A stretch of DNA of 55,935 bases from an uncultured Bdellovibrionales bacterium (GCA_964556685.1 CAZKWX010000005.1:1-55935), one strand, 5' to 3'. Numbered from the stretch's first letter, positions 38,186 through 48,203 are shown. The notes: generated by a model from the letters alone, not told the origin. A program made the numbers and translations.

Positions 38186-39805
38186 ATGAATTCCTCCAAG
38201 AAAAACTCTTTAAATAAACAAAAAAATAATCTGTATGTTTTAGGCTGGATACTCTTATATCTAGCAATTTTTTCGTTTTCCTTTTTCAATGCTTCAAGCA
38301 AACTTGACCCCGATTTTGGTTGGCATTTGAGAATAGGAGCTGACATTGCTCAATCAAATGATGTCCCTAGAATCGAGAAATATACCTATCCGACTCTGGG
38401 TCAAGAATGGGTTGATCATGAATGGTTAAGCAATCTGCTACTCTACAAGGCTTATACATTTTCACCTTATGGCTACTTGTTTTTAGCTGTTCTTTTTTCA
38501 TTATTTTTTGTGATCACTTTACATCTCGTAATCTCGGCAACAAGAAAGTATGTAGTTGCTGATTTAGAAGATAAATATTTTCTGTTTCTATCATCAATTA
38601 TTTCAATCCTTGCAGTTATAGTCATTTCCAGTTTTTTTGGTGTTCGGTTGCAAGTCATCTCTTGGTTTCTTATGATTTTCATGGGATGGCTTTTAACCAA
38701 AGTTTATTTTGAAAAAAAATTCAGTCTTCTTTCCTATGTTCCTTTTATTTTCATCCTCTGGACGAATCTACACGGGAGCTTTATTTTCGGAATAGGCCTC
38801 TTGAGCTTATTTATTCTTTTATTATTTTTGCATGATAAATTCAGCAAGAAGGATAAACTCCTTTCAATTATCATTCTTCTGGCCTGCATCCTGGTAACCC
38901 TAATTTCCCCTTATTGTATTGATCTTTGGAAATTAATTGGCGAAGAATACAGCACTAACAGATATTATCTAACAAATATCGACGAGTGGCTTCCTGTCTA
39001 TACTGCTCCATTTGTTATGTGGCAATTTTCTCTCTTGATTGCTCTTTACTTAGTGCTAATTATCTTTGGTTTCCTTTCAAAATCAATCCCTCTTAGGGTT
39101 TCTGCGTTGATCTATTTTGGATTTACTTTTTTTCTTTTAATTTTGTCTGTGTTGAGTCGTCGTTTTAGCCCCTTATTTATTATCTTTTCAATACCTCTTT
39201 TCCTTTTTTTACTTGATCGTTTATTTTTCACGGATTACTTAATAGAAAAGGAGCGAATTTTTAAGTTTATAATCGTTCCGCTCTTGGTTTTGGTTGTTTT
39301 TATTAAAATTTTTCATATACTTTCGGAACCGCACAAACCACTTATTGATCCTTTCGAAAAAAATTCGACTTTATCACCAACAAATGCTGTTAATTACCTA
39401 AAACAAGATCCCGTCCTATCAAATAAAAAACTCCTGAATTATTACGGATGGGGAGGCTTCCTACTCTGGACTTACCCAGAAAAAAAGATATTTATTGACG
39501 GGAGAATGCCTCAAAGACCTCTTGACCATGAGATTACCTACTTAGAGGAATACGATAGATTTTTCGATCAAGAGCATTTCGTCAATAAAATTAATCAATA
39601 CGAAATTGAAGTTGCTCTTTTCCCTACTAAAAAAGACTTTGTCTTTCCAAACACTTTTGAAAAACACTTGTACAAGATTGTTTTTTCATTAGATGAAAAA
39701 GATTTTCAACAGGAACATCACTTGTTAGATTATTTGGATCAAAACTGGATCAAATTATTTGAAGATGAAATTGCTGTCATCTATGTTCGTCCTGAGAATA
39801 ATTAG
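38186..39805 (+). CDS. GT-C-like integral membrane glycosyltransferase
   Basis: DPDFGWHLRIG and WVDHEWL in first loop, WTNLHGSF, many TMs, YGWGG..FIDGR. Confidence 0.65.
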   Translation: MNSSKKNSLNKQKNNLYVLGWILLYLAIFSFSFFNASSKLDPDFGWHLRIGADIAQSNDVPRIEKYTYPTLGQEWVDHEWLSNLLLYKAYTFSPYGYLFLAVLFSLFFVITLHLVISATRKYVVADLEDKYFLFLSSIISILAVIVISSFFGVRLQVISWFLMIFMGWLLTKVYFEKKFSLLSYVPFIFILWTNLHGSFIFGIGLLSLFILLLFLHDKFSKKDKLLSIIILLACILVTLISPYCIDLWKLIGEEYSTNRYYLTNIDEWLPVYTAPFVMWQFSLLIALYLVLIIFGFLSKSIPLRVSALIYFGFTFFLLILSVLSRRFSPLFIIFSIPLFLFLLDRLFFTDYLIEKERIFKFIIVPLLVLVVFIKIFHILSEPHKPLIDPFEKNSTLSPTNAVNYLKQDPVLSNKKLLNYYGWGGFLLWTYPEKKIFIDGRMPQRPLDHEITYLEEYDRFFDQEHFVNKINQYEIEVALFPTKKDFVFPNTFEKHLYKIVFSLDEKDFQQEHHLLDYLDQNWIKLFEDEIAVIYVRPENN

Positions 39806-39905
39806 TTTTTTGCAGCTCAAAATATAGAAGGGGAAGAAATATTTTGATTTATAGCGTTTTGTATTATAATATGTCTAAAGGAATAAGTCTTGAAATAAAA
39901 ACAAA

Positions 39906-41270
39906 ATGAAAAAAATTCTACCCGTCGGATTGGCTGTTATTGTCATCTTAGCGCTTTTTCTTTTTTCCGGGTGTTTAAAGAAAAAGAATTCAGTCCCCTA
40001 TCAAATAGAACTTGAGGTGTGGGGGGTTTTTGATGATTCAGATGTTTTTGCAAAAGTTAATAAACAATACCTAGATAATAATCCTCAGATTAAAAGAGTT
40101 AACTATAAAAAAATATCCTCCAGCGAGGCTGATTATGAAAAGGAAATTTTGGATGCATTAGCCAGTGGAAAAGGCCCAGACATTATCTATTTAAAAAACT
40201 CCTGGCTTCCTAAACATAAAAATAAGCTGGCTTTCCTTCCCGAATCAGAAAAATATCTGACTATTTTCAAGGAAAATTTTGTGGATGTTGCTTATGACGA
40301 TTTTGTTGAAGATGGTCAAATATATTCCATGCCTCTATATTGTGACACCTTAGCCCTTTATTATAATAAGAATTTGCTCAACCAAGTTGGCATCACAAAT
40401 CCTCCTCAGACTTGGGAAGAAGTCAAGAGCCAAACAAAACTGCTAACTAAAATTGATAAATTCGGAAACATTAATCAATCAGCCATTGCCTTGGGAAGAT
40501 CTTCAAGAGATCCAGGGGGGATAAACCGAGCGCCAGATCTCGTTTCGATTCTAATGATGCAAAATGGATCAGTAATGAATACTGATAATGGTCAGACTAC
40601 TTTTAACACATCTTCGAGCGAGATAGAATCTCCAGGAAACAAAGCCCTGGAAACCTATGTGAGTTTTTCAAAAGGCGGATCAGGGAATTATACTTGGAAT
40701 GCTAAAATGGACTATTCTGTTGACAGTTTCCGTTTTGAAGATACTGCCATGATGATAAATTATTCTTATCTTCATGATCGACTCAAAAAAAGCGATCCTA
40801 AACTAAAATTCGATATAGTTGCCCTTCCCCAAGTGAATCAAAATCAAAAAGTGAATTATCCCAATTATTGGGGACTGACTGTGGTTCAGAATGATCTAAC
40901 TAGAGGCAACAATTCTGGACAAAATTATACCAATGAAGATCGTGTCTACGAAGCTTGGAAATATATAAACTATGTCACTCGCAAACCTGTGCAAAACACA
41001 AGGTTTGATCCAGGGGAAATATATTTGGAAATGACGAGAAAACCAGCTGCTAGAAGAGATTTGATTGAAAAACAAAAGGATGATTCATTCTTGGGCGTTT
41101 TTGCCGAACAAGCTTTGACGGCCAAATCCTGGATTCAACCTGACAATAATGCTATTGATGAAATTTTTGATGACATGATTGATGAAATTGTTCTAGGCAG
41201 AGCCACTGTTCAAAGAGCTCTGAGCACGGCAGAATCTCGTATAAATACATTGATTGATATAAGAAACTGA
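39906..41270 (+). CDS. extracellular solute-binding lipoprotein (family 1)
   Basis: Lipobox FSGC, GKGPDI, LALYYNK, PPQTWEE. Confidence 0.88.
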   Translation: MKKILPVGLAVIVILALFLFSGCLKKKNSVPYQIELEVWGVFDDSDVFAKVNKQYLDNNPQIKRVNYKKISSSEADYEKEILDALASGKGPDIIYLKNSWLPKHKNKLAFLPESEKYLTIFKENFVDVAYDDFVEDGQIYSMPLYCDTLALYYNKNLLNQVGITNPPQTWEEVKSQTKLLTKIDKFGNINQSAIALGRSSRDPGGINRAPDLVSILMMQNGSVMNTDNGQTTFNTSSSEIESPGNKALETYVSFSKGGSGNYTWNAKMDYSVDSFRFEDTAMMINYSYLHDRLKKSDPKLKFDIVALPQVNQNQKVNYPNYWGLTVVQNDLTRGNNSGQNYTNEDRVYEAWKYINYVTRKPVQNTRFDPGEIYLEMTRKPAARRDLIEKQKDDSFLGVFAEQALTAKSWIQPDNNAIDEIFDDMIDEIVLGRATVQRALSTAESRINTLIDIRN

Positions 41271-41271
41271 G

Positions 41272-41898
41272 ATGAAGCATCAAATAAAAATTATTTCGCT
41301 ACTTTTGCTTGCATCTTTTTTGCTGAGCTTGTTTATCATTTCTCCAATCCAGGTCAAGGCCCAAGAACCAGAACCTTTTTGTCCAGAGGAGGGAGTGCAA
41401 GGAGTGGACTTTCTGTTTTTCCGCGGCCCTTTAGTTCCTTGCGGAAGACAAGCTGATTGCCCAGATAGTGAAGGCAATCAGCACGATGAAACTCAGGTTT
41501 GCACTCTCTGCCACTTGTTGATTTTGATCAAGAACGTTTTTGATTTAATATTATCTTTGTTAATTATTGTTTCTCTGGTCATGATCACTGCTGGCGGGGT
41601 CATCTACGTGGTTTCTTCTGGCAATGCCAACTTGAAAACTGTGGCAAAGAACTTAATTACCAAGACACTTGTGGGATTTGGCCTTTTTCTTCTGAGCTGG
41701 TTAATTGTTCTGACTGTTCTCCATTTTCTTTCAACCAACACTCAAATGCTGGGAGGTGGAAGCAACTGGTTCGAATTTGAATGTCAAACACAAAGTGCAT
41801 TTGAAGCTCCTGACAGTTCCGGTAATTCTTCCGATTCATCCAGCGATTCTAGTGAAGATGGTGAAGAGGGTGATGATACCGAGAATATTTTGCATTAG
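41272..41898 (+). CDS. VirB2/TrbC-like pilin with Cys-rich N-domain
   Basis: Signal peptide, GPLVPCG..CTLC, TM-GG.Y..S.G-AK-TM pattern. Confidence 0.75.
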   Translation: MKHQIKIISLLLLASFLLSLFIISPIQVKAQEPEPFCPEEGVQGVDFLFFRGPLVPCGRQADCPDSEGNQHDETQVCTLCHLLILIKNVFDLILSLLIIVSLVMITAGGVIYVVSSGNANLKTVAKNLITKTLVGFGLFLLSWLIVLTVLHFLSTNTQMLGGGSNWFEFECQTQSAFEAPDSSGNSSDSSSDSSEDGEEGDDTENILH

Positions 41899-42009
41899 TC
41901 ATACTTCCGTTACTTGAGAATTATTCTGAATCTCATATAACATCAGCATATTTTTACATATTCCTGTTAAGATACTAACTTGTCAAAAATTAATTATTCC
42001 CAGAATAAT

Positions 42010-42636
42010 ATGAAGTTGTGTAGGAAATTTAAAAAAACGTTCCCATTTTTTCTTTTTCTTGCTTTGTTAGGGATCACTCTCCTTTGTGCCACTACTGCTC
42101 AAGCTTGGTCCTATGAAAATCCAATAACACATTACAGTTTCACTGACTTAATTTTTGGCGTTCTGACTAGCATTCATTCCTATATTGCCTGGTTGGCGAT
42201 TTTGATGATTGTTATTGCTGGAGTGATGTATATGATTTCAGCCGGAAGTCCGGCTCGCATGGAACTAGCCAAGAAAATATTTATCTATGCTTTGATTGGT
42301 TTCACCATCGCAGTTGCGGCTCCATCGCTTTTGCGACAAATTGTGGAATTTATTCAAACAGAACCGGAAAGTGGATCGGACCTGATTGCAAATGCAACAA
42401 CAGTAAGCACAATCATAACCAATATGATGCAATTTCTGCTGACTATTATTGGAATCCTAGGAATCATCAGCTTTGTCATTGCTGGTATTCTCTATATTTC
42501 CGCTGGAGGAAATCAAGCCAATGCTGACAAGGCTAAAAAGGCAGTCTTTTATTCGATTTTAGCTGTGGCTGTTTCAGGAGCGTCTTTGATTGTTATTCAA
42601 CAAATTATTCATATTCTATCTACTGGTTCCACTTAA
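42010..42636 (+). CDS. two-domain VirB2/TrbC-like pilin
   Basis: AGVMYMISAG..AKK and AGILYISAGG..AKK repeats. Confidence 0.78.
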   Translation: MKLCRKFKKTFPFFLFLALLGITLLCATTAQAWSYENPITHYSFTDLIFGVLTSIHSYIAWLAILMIVIAGVMYMISAGSPARMELAKKIFIYALIGFTIAVAAPSLLRQIVEFIQTEPESGSDLIANATTVSTIITNMMQFLLTIIGILGIISFVIAGILYISAGGNQANADKAKKAVFYSILAVAVSGASLIVIQQIIHILSTGST

Positions 42637-42666
42637 GTTATTTTAAATTAGGAAATTCTTATATTT

Positions 42667-42791
42667 TCCCTCCCCTTACGAAGGGGAGGGCCAGGGAGGG
42701 GTTAATTTAATGACAGCAGACATCCATTAATTCACTTAACTCCCTGATATTCGAAACTAACGAATTCAGTCCCCTCTTTCCAAAAGAGGGG
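42667..42791. repeat. family A doublet
   Basis: CCCTCCCCTTACGAAGGGGAGGGCCAGGGAGGGGTT...AACTCCC..CCCCTCTTTCCAAAAGAGGGG. Confidence 0.85.
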
Positions 42792-42831
42792 AAGTAAATG
42801 ATCTTTGTAACTCAAAAACATTAAATAAATC

Positions 42832-43449
42832 ATGCGAAAAAAAACATTTTTATTTATCACTAGTCTTACTGTCTTACTATTCATCTTAATTGGTTTTAAG
42901 CTTGCTTTGGCAGCAACAATAACTTTCAATAACCCCGCCAGCCAACACGAATCGCTTTTAGATTTCATCATCGCCGTTTTTGACTATCTTCGAGCTACTG
43001 TTGCTATTTTAGCTATCACCGCTATTGTTTTGGCTGGAATCTTCTATATCATTTCTGGTTCAACCGGTAATGAAAAAATGAATGAAGTAGCTAAGAAAAC
43101 AGTGGTGGGAGCCATTCTTGGTTTTGCTCTGGTCATTGGCGCTCCATCTTTTCTGAGACAAATCAACGTTATTATTTATGAAAGTCCGATTGCCCCTATC
43201 AATCAAGACATCAGCACAGTTCCGACTCTTTTTGACATTGTTTCCAGGACTCTTGACTTTATGTTGTCAATCATTGGCATCCTTGGTATAATTGGGCTAA
43301 CTATAAGTGGGATCATGTATCTAATGGCTGCTGCTAGCAGCGGACAGGCAGAAAAAGCCAAGAAGGCTATGATTGCATCAATTGTTGGAATCGCCGTAGC
43401 AGGAGCCGGATTGATTATTATCACTCAAATTGCTCATTTCTTTCAATAA
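42832..43449 (+). CDS. two-domain VirB2/TrbC-like pilin
   Basis: AGIFYIISG..AKK and SGIMYLMAA..AKK; paralog of 42010..42636. Confidence 0.78.
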   Translation: MRKKTFLFITSLTVLLFILIGFKLALAATITFNNPASQHESLLDFIIAVFDYLRATVAILAITAIVLAGIFYIISGSTGNEKMNEVAKKTVVGAILGFALVIGAPSFLRQINVIIYESPIAPINQDISTVPTLFDIVSRTLDFMLSIIGILGIIGLTISGIMYLMAAASSGQAEKAKKAMIASIVGIAVAGAGLIIITQIAHFFQ

Positions 43450-43502
43450 AACAAAAATAAATATAAAGAACTAAAAAATAAACTAGAAAGAGAGGTGGAA
43501 AA

Positions 43503-43871
43503 ATGAAATTATCAAAAAAAAGAATTTTGCCGTTTGCCACTTGCTTAGCGCTAACTGCACTTTTCGTTGTACCAATGTTAGTCGGAGCACAAATTAATGT
43601 TAATGACCAAACTCTCATAAATACACAACTACCTAGACAAGGTGTTGGTGCAATTGTTATCAGCCTAATGAATTGGCTCTTGTGGGTTGTGTTGTTCATC
43701 GCAATTATTGGTTTTGTTATATCCGGAATTCTGTTCATTACCGCCGGAGGATCAGATCGAGCAGAAGGCGCCAGAAAATGGCTGATGAATTCAATCATTG
43801 GTGTTGTCGTAGCTCTAGTTGGATTAATTGCGATTTACTTTATTCATGACTTCTTGGTAGGAAATCTGTAA
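43503..43871 (+). CDS. VirB2/TrbC-like pilin (candidate major subunit)
   Basis: SGILFITAGG..ARKW..IIG; GAGGTG SD; terminator-like hairpin downstream. Confidence 0.8.
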   Translation: MKLSKKRILPFATCLALTALFVVPMLVGAQINVNDQTLINTQLPRQGVGAIVISLMNWLLWVVLFIAIIGFVISGILFITAGGSDRAEGARKWLMNSIIGVVVALVGLIAIYFIHDFLVGNL

Positions 43872-44012
43872 GCAGCTAATAAACTAGCGGACGTCGATAG
43901 TCACGCTTTATCTCAAATGTCTTTTTTCGATTTTATAAACAACAAGCTTTTTCAGCTTGTTGTTTTTTTCTTGTTTGATATAATAGTTCTAGACGTTTCA
44001 AAAGAAATCTCC

Positions 44013-44363
44013 ATGAAAACAAAAATTAAACAAGTTTTAGCTGTGTTTTTTTTGCTGATTTTTCCTCTTTTTCTGCATGCTCAGTTTGTTGAAGAAAGAC
44101 CAATAGATGAGCCATCACAAACCGCCACTGCAGGAGCGAGCACTTTTGATGGAATTGCTAATTTTATCACTGTTCTATTAGCTATCCTGTTCATTGCTTC
44201 TATTTTGGGATTCATTTCTGCCGGAGTGAAACTCTTAATCGCCGGTGGAAGTGAAGGAATGCTCGACAAAGGAAGAACCCTAGCCATCTATTCAGCCGTT
44301 GGTTTTTTTATATCCCTAATTGGATATATATTGTTAAATATTTTTAGATATTTCTTAGTTTAG
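44013..44363 (+). CDS. VirB2/TrbC-like pilin
   Basis: AGVKLLIAGG..KGR..AVG. Confidence 0.72.
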   Translation: MKTKIKQVLAVFFLLIFPLFLHAQFVEERPIDEPSQTATAGASTFDGIANFITVLLAILFIASILGFISAGVKLLIAGGSEGMLDKGRTLAIYSAVGFFISLIGYILLNIFRYFLV

Positions 44364-44378
44364 GATTAAATTTATAGT

Positions 44379-44876
44379 ATGAAAACAAAAATTACATTTT
44401 TCACTATCTCAATAGTTCTTCTGGGACTATTCGTTTATAGCGGTCAAGTAGAAGCCAATTGGAGCACCGGGTTAAGAATAGCTACTCAGGAATCAGGTCT
44501 TTCTGACAATAACGTTGAGGATGTTCTTGAATTTTTAATGCTCTGGACTCTTAGAATATTTCTCTTTTTAGCAATTATTTCTTTTGTGATCACCGGTATT
44601 ATGTTTATTCTTTCTGGTTCGAGCCCAGCTTTAGCAGAAAAAGCTAAAAAGGGTATTTGGCTTTCCATCATTGGCATAGTTGTAGGTTTATCTGCCTTAA
44701 TAATTCTTAACTTCTTTATTAATCTCTATTCCGGAACTGGAGAATTTAGTCCATCTGGAGGAAATTCAGGGACAACTACTCCATCTGGAGGAGGTTCGGG
44801 CGATGTTATCCCGCTTGAACCTGATACAAACCAACCCCCCCGGTTCACATCCTGGAATATAATTGTAAAAATTTAA
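44379..44876 (+). CDS. VirB2/TrbC-like pilin with Gly/Ser-rich tail
   Basis: TGIMFILSG..AKK..SIIG. Confidence 0.75.
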   Translation: MKTKITFFTISIVLLGLFVYSGQVEANWSTGLRIATQESGLSDNNVEDVLEFLMLWTLRIFLFLAIISFVITGIMFILSGSSPALAEKAKKGIWLSIIGIVVGLSALIILNFFINLYSGTGEFSPSGGNSGTTTPSGGGSGDVIPLEPDTNQPPRFTSWNIIVKI

Positions 44877-44877
44877 A

Positions 44878-45246
44878 ATGAAAAAAATATCTCTTTTAAT
44901 ATTAGTTGCTTCTCTTGTTATCCTGCCTTTTCTTGTAATAGCGCAATCTTCCGAAATAAGAATCCCTGAAAATACTGGACTTCCTTATCCAATTGAACCA
45001 ATCACGGCAGAGGAAGGTCCTGTGGTAGGTGTCCTAGTTTTTTTCATGAAATGGATTCTTACAGTATTTGCTATCTTAGCAGTTATCGCCTTTGTTATCA
45101 CTGGTATCATGTACTTTTTATCTATAGGCGGAGCTGATGCTGCTAATGCTAAAAAGGCTTTTCAATATTCCATTCTTGCTGTGGCAGTAACAGCTGGATC
45201 TCTTGTTATCATTTGGACAATTGACTACTTGCTTAAAGGTTTTTAG
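44878..45246 (+). CDS. VirB2/TrbC-like pilin
   Basis: TGIMYFLSIGG..AKKAFQYSI. Confidence 0.75.
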   Translation: MKKISLLILVASLVILPFLVIAQSSEIRIPENTGLPYPIEPITAEEGPVVGVLVFFMKWILTVFAILAVIAFVITGIMYFLSIGGADAANAKKAFQYSILAVAVTAGSLVIIWTIDYLLKGF

Positions 45247-45378
45247 CGCCGTTGATCACGACTTAATCATTTATTTCGACTTTTCATTTCCGTTTTATAT
45301 TGAATCTTTATGAGTTGAGTCGATAAAAAAGGCCCCACAACACTTCCGCATCGTGGGACACTTTTGGAGAATTGGTTC

Positions 45379-46344
45379 TTATCCTCCTTTCCTTCTTGCT
45401 GCTCTTTGAGCAGCTTTTTGCATTTTGTGCTCACAAACCCAAAAGTCATCTTTTACCCTTTTGAGTTCGCTTTCAAGCGCTTTTTTCTTGCTTGTTGCAG
45501 ACTGAGCAGCTTGTTTCGCGCTTTTAATTCCCAACTGAAGATCCTGGATTTTAGCATTCACCGTTGCCAGAGAAGACGCCAGATCTTTCGCCCTGGCTTC
45601 AGCAGCAGCCTTCTGAGCTTTTACCGTTTTAATAGCCCTGGCTTTTTCCTCATTCACTTTTTCAAGTTTTTCCTGAAGAGCAGCCAGTTTGCTCTTCAGA
45701 TCAGTGACATTGTCCTCGAGCTTAGTAGTCTTCTGTTTGGCCAATTCGAGCGCTTCTGCTTTTTCTATTCTCTTCAATTTAGAAATCGGAAAGAAAGCTT
45801 CTTTGCCACCGATAAAATCGCCTTGTTCGTTTGGCAACATAACTTTTACCAACTGTTCTCCATTACCAATTTTGCCCGATTCCTCAATCAGCAGACAAAT
45901 CCCTTCTTCATCCATTGTTACTGGATTTTCACCATTCTCATCATAATGGCTTGCTCCCTTAGGAATGTGATAATAGTCCTCTTTAGCCGAATTTTGACCC
46001 AGGCTAAATCGCCAAGATTTAACAGATTTTCCCATTCTCTCGAATAAGGCCTCCCTGTTATCAATCCCGGCCAGCGTAACTATCACGATTGATAGGGCCA
46101 CCACCCAGATCCAGCCACTTAATGGCAATCTGCTGTTAAAAACTTTTCGATAGCCAAAAGCATAAATCCATAAACCAAATAACACCATCAGTGACCAAGC
46201 AGCAACTCCATCGAAGAAAAAGAAGGAGGTCGCGATCACCACGATTGTCAATATTGCAACGTAGGGACTCCCGAAAATAATCTCCAGAAGAGACTTCAGG
46301 ATGTTCAATAACGCCGCGCTGAATTTTCTAATCACTTCTGTCAT
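45379..46344 (-). CDS. membrane protein with long C-terminal coiled coil
   Basis: About 3 TMs then an A/K/E-rich heptad region; AGGAGGT SD before ATG 46344. Confidence 0.7.
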   Translation of the reverse strand: MTEVIRKFSAALLNILKSLLEIIFGSPYVAILTIVVIATSFFFFDGVAAWSLMVLFGLWIYAFGYRKVFNSRLPLSGWIWVVALSIVIVTLAGIDNREALFERMGKSVKSWRFSLGQNSAKEDYYHIPKGASHYDENGENPVTMDEEGICLLIEESGKIGNGEQLVKVMLPNEQGDFIGGKEAFFPISKLKRIEKAEALELAKQKTTKLEDNVTDLKSKLAALQEKLEKVNEEKARAIKTVKAQKAAAEARAKDLASSLATVNAKIQDLQLGIKSAKQAAQSATSKKKALESELKRVKDDFWVCEHKMQKAAQRAARRKGG

Positions 46345-46357
46345 TTTCGACCTCCTC

Positions 46358-47101
46358 TTAACCACCAACAAGCATTGAGATTATAAGACCAATAGTTGGA
46401 ATTCCGAGAATAAAAAGCACAGTAGCTAGAACTACAATCGAGGCTATGACGAAAATTTTAAATCCCCGTCTGCCCACGTTTGCAGCTTCTTTCGCAACCA
46501 CTCCTCCAGCACTAACTGCTGTTTTTCCGGTGGTAACTGCCACTGGTTTGATTTTTTTTCGCCAAGCATCTCCAGCTACATCTGCGCCTCGATGTTTCCA
46601 GTCGCGAACTCTGCGATCAGTCCCAATCGTTAATAGATTGGCACGAATCATCTTCTTGTTTTTGTAGTCAGTTTTACTGCTATCGACTCCACGAAAGATC
46701 GCATAGGCAGCCTGCCTACCATAAAGATACTGTCCCTTGTTGGGACCACTCTCCTCTTTTTCTGACTGACCGATAGCAAGAAGAGCATCGTCCTTTTTGT
46801 ACTTTGATTCTCTGGCTTCCCAGAGATCCCTTTCGCTCCCCTCCCTTCGGATTACATATTTTCTGTAATCCTTTTCAATCTCAGAGCGTACTTTAGTGAG
46901 TAGGACTTTGAAGCGTTCATCAACGGCAAGCTCCGTTATGATTGCCTCCGAAATTACTTCATCATCCTTCCTTTTGCCAGTAAAGTCCTTGATAACCTGC
47001 CCAGCAACTTCACCGGCTGCATTTTTTAGAGCCTCTGTCCCAAAAATAGCTGCGACAACGCCAGCAAGCCAACTTCCTGTGCTTTTCAAAAACTTTTTCA
47101 T
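46358..47101 (-). CDS. hypothetical protein with C-terminal TM helix
   Basis: GGGAGG SD; operonic with 45379. Confidence 0.7.
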   Translation of the reverse strand: MKKFLKSTGSWLAGVVAAIFGTEALKNAAGEVAGQVIKDFTGKRKDDEVISEAIITELAVDERFKVLLTKVRSEIEKDYRKYVIRREGSERDLWEARESKYKKDDALLAIGQSEKEESGPNKGQYLYGRQAAYAIFRGVDSSKTDYKNKKMIRANLLTIGTDRRVRDWKHRGADVAGDAWRKKIKPVAVTTGKTAVSAGGVVAKEAANVGRRGFKIFVIASIVVLATVLFILGIPTIGLIISMLVGG

Positions 47102-47344
47102 AATAATCCTCCCTTCCTGAAAGTAGAAATTGACAATTGATATGTTTGGTTGTTTTTACACTTAATTGACAAGGTATCAGGCATTTCAAGCGGAAAACCC
47201 ACTTTCTATGCTAGCTTGTCATTATATCATCATAATACGTTCTTGTCAACTATTTCTTTCCTGGCATTTTTGGATTTATTTGACCAGTTTCTTTGTAAAA
47301 CCAAGTACACAAAAACAGCCTTTTTGGCTGTTTTTGCTTTGCAG

Positions 47345-47415
47345 CACGGACGGTAGGAATCGAACCTACAGTCCCGCTTTTGGAGAGCGGTGGTTTACCA
47401 TTAACCGACGTCCGC
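47345..47415 (-). tRNA. tRNA-Trp(CCA)
   Basis: GCGGACG...CGTCCGT-G; loop CT-CCA-AA. Confidence 0.94.
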
Positions 47416-48063
47416 AAATTTATTCTGAAATCTGTCTATAATTATAAAAATTTCATCTAGTATTCTTGAATCACCATATCTGATCGATATGCAGCCCATA
47501 TACCCATCTTTCTTTCTTATTCCCGAATTCTTCTTTTTATAAATAGATATTCGATTCTTGCTTATTTTCGTTAATTTCGACCAGTATCTTATCATCTCAT
47601 CTTTATCATGATATGAATGTAGATGCAAAACAGCTCTGAAAAGATCCTCATTTAGTTTATAAGCTTTCCTGAAAATACCTAGGTACGTGCATATCAATAC
47701 TGGGTCAGAATTCATAAAAACAATCCTTCTTCCAGTCTTTGCCCCTTCACCCCAATACAAGAGAGCCAGAAAAACTTTTAAATCCTGCTTATTATAATTC
47801 TTTCCTTCTTTTAGAGCTTTGCATCTATCAGAGATTATTCTTAAATGTTCAACTCTTCTCTTTCTTAATATCAATTTTGCTTTTCCCCTGCCCTGTTCTG
47901 AAAGCATGTCTAATCTCCTTAGTCCCTTCTTCGAAATTGATATGTTTTTCAACCAAAGAGAGGCCGTACTCTTTGAAATACTTAATTTTTCACTAATTTC
48001 TCTCAAGGAGTGTCCATTTCTGCGAAGTTTTCTCGCACTGCTAAAAAGTTTCTCTTTCTTCAT
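47401..48063 (-). CDS. HTH plus LAGLIDADG-like domain protein
   Basis: N-terminal GHSLREISEKLSISKSTASLW HTH; LALLYWGEG..FMNSDP LAGLIDADG-like helix; stop codon inside tRNA-Trp. Confidence 0.7.
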   Translation of the reverse strand: MKKEKLFSSARKLRRNGHSLREISEKLSISKSTASLWLKNISISKKGLRRLDMLSEQGRGKAKLILRKRRVEHLRIISDRCKALKEGKNYNKQDLKVFLALLYWGEGAKTGRRIVFMNSDPVLICTYLGIFRKAYKLNEDLFRAVLHLHSYHDKDEMIRYWSKLTKISKNRISIYKKKNSGIRKKDGYMGCISIRYGDSRILDEIFIIIDRFQNKFADVG

Positions 48064-48203
48064 TCGAACTATATAAATAGGTTATGTAACTATTATATAC
48101 AATTCTTTTTATCCAATCAACCCTGTTTGGAAGACTATTTAACTAATCCCGCATAACCCCCTCTGTATCTCCCCCTTGGTAAGGAGAAGAAAGATTGGAT
48201 TTT

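Noticed and set aside
43885-45266. Similar short motifs TAGCG..CGT.GAT..CACG after two pilin genes as recombination sites
   Set aside because: Only two short, gapped matches and no recombinase in the window
45364-46047. 227-aa plus-strand ORF
   Set aside because: Antisense shadow of the coiled-coil gene
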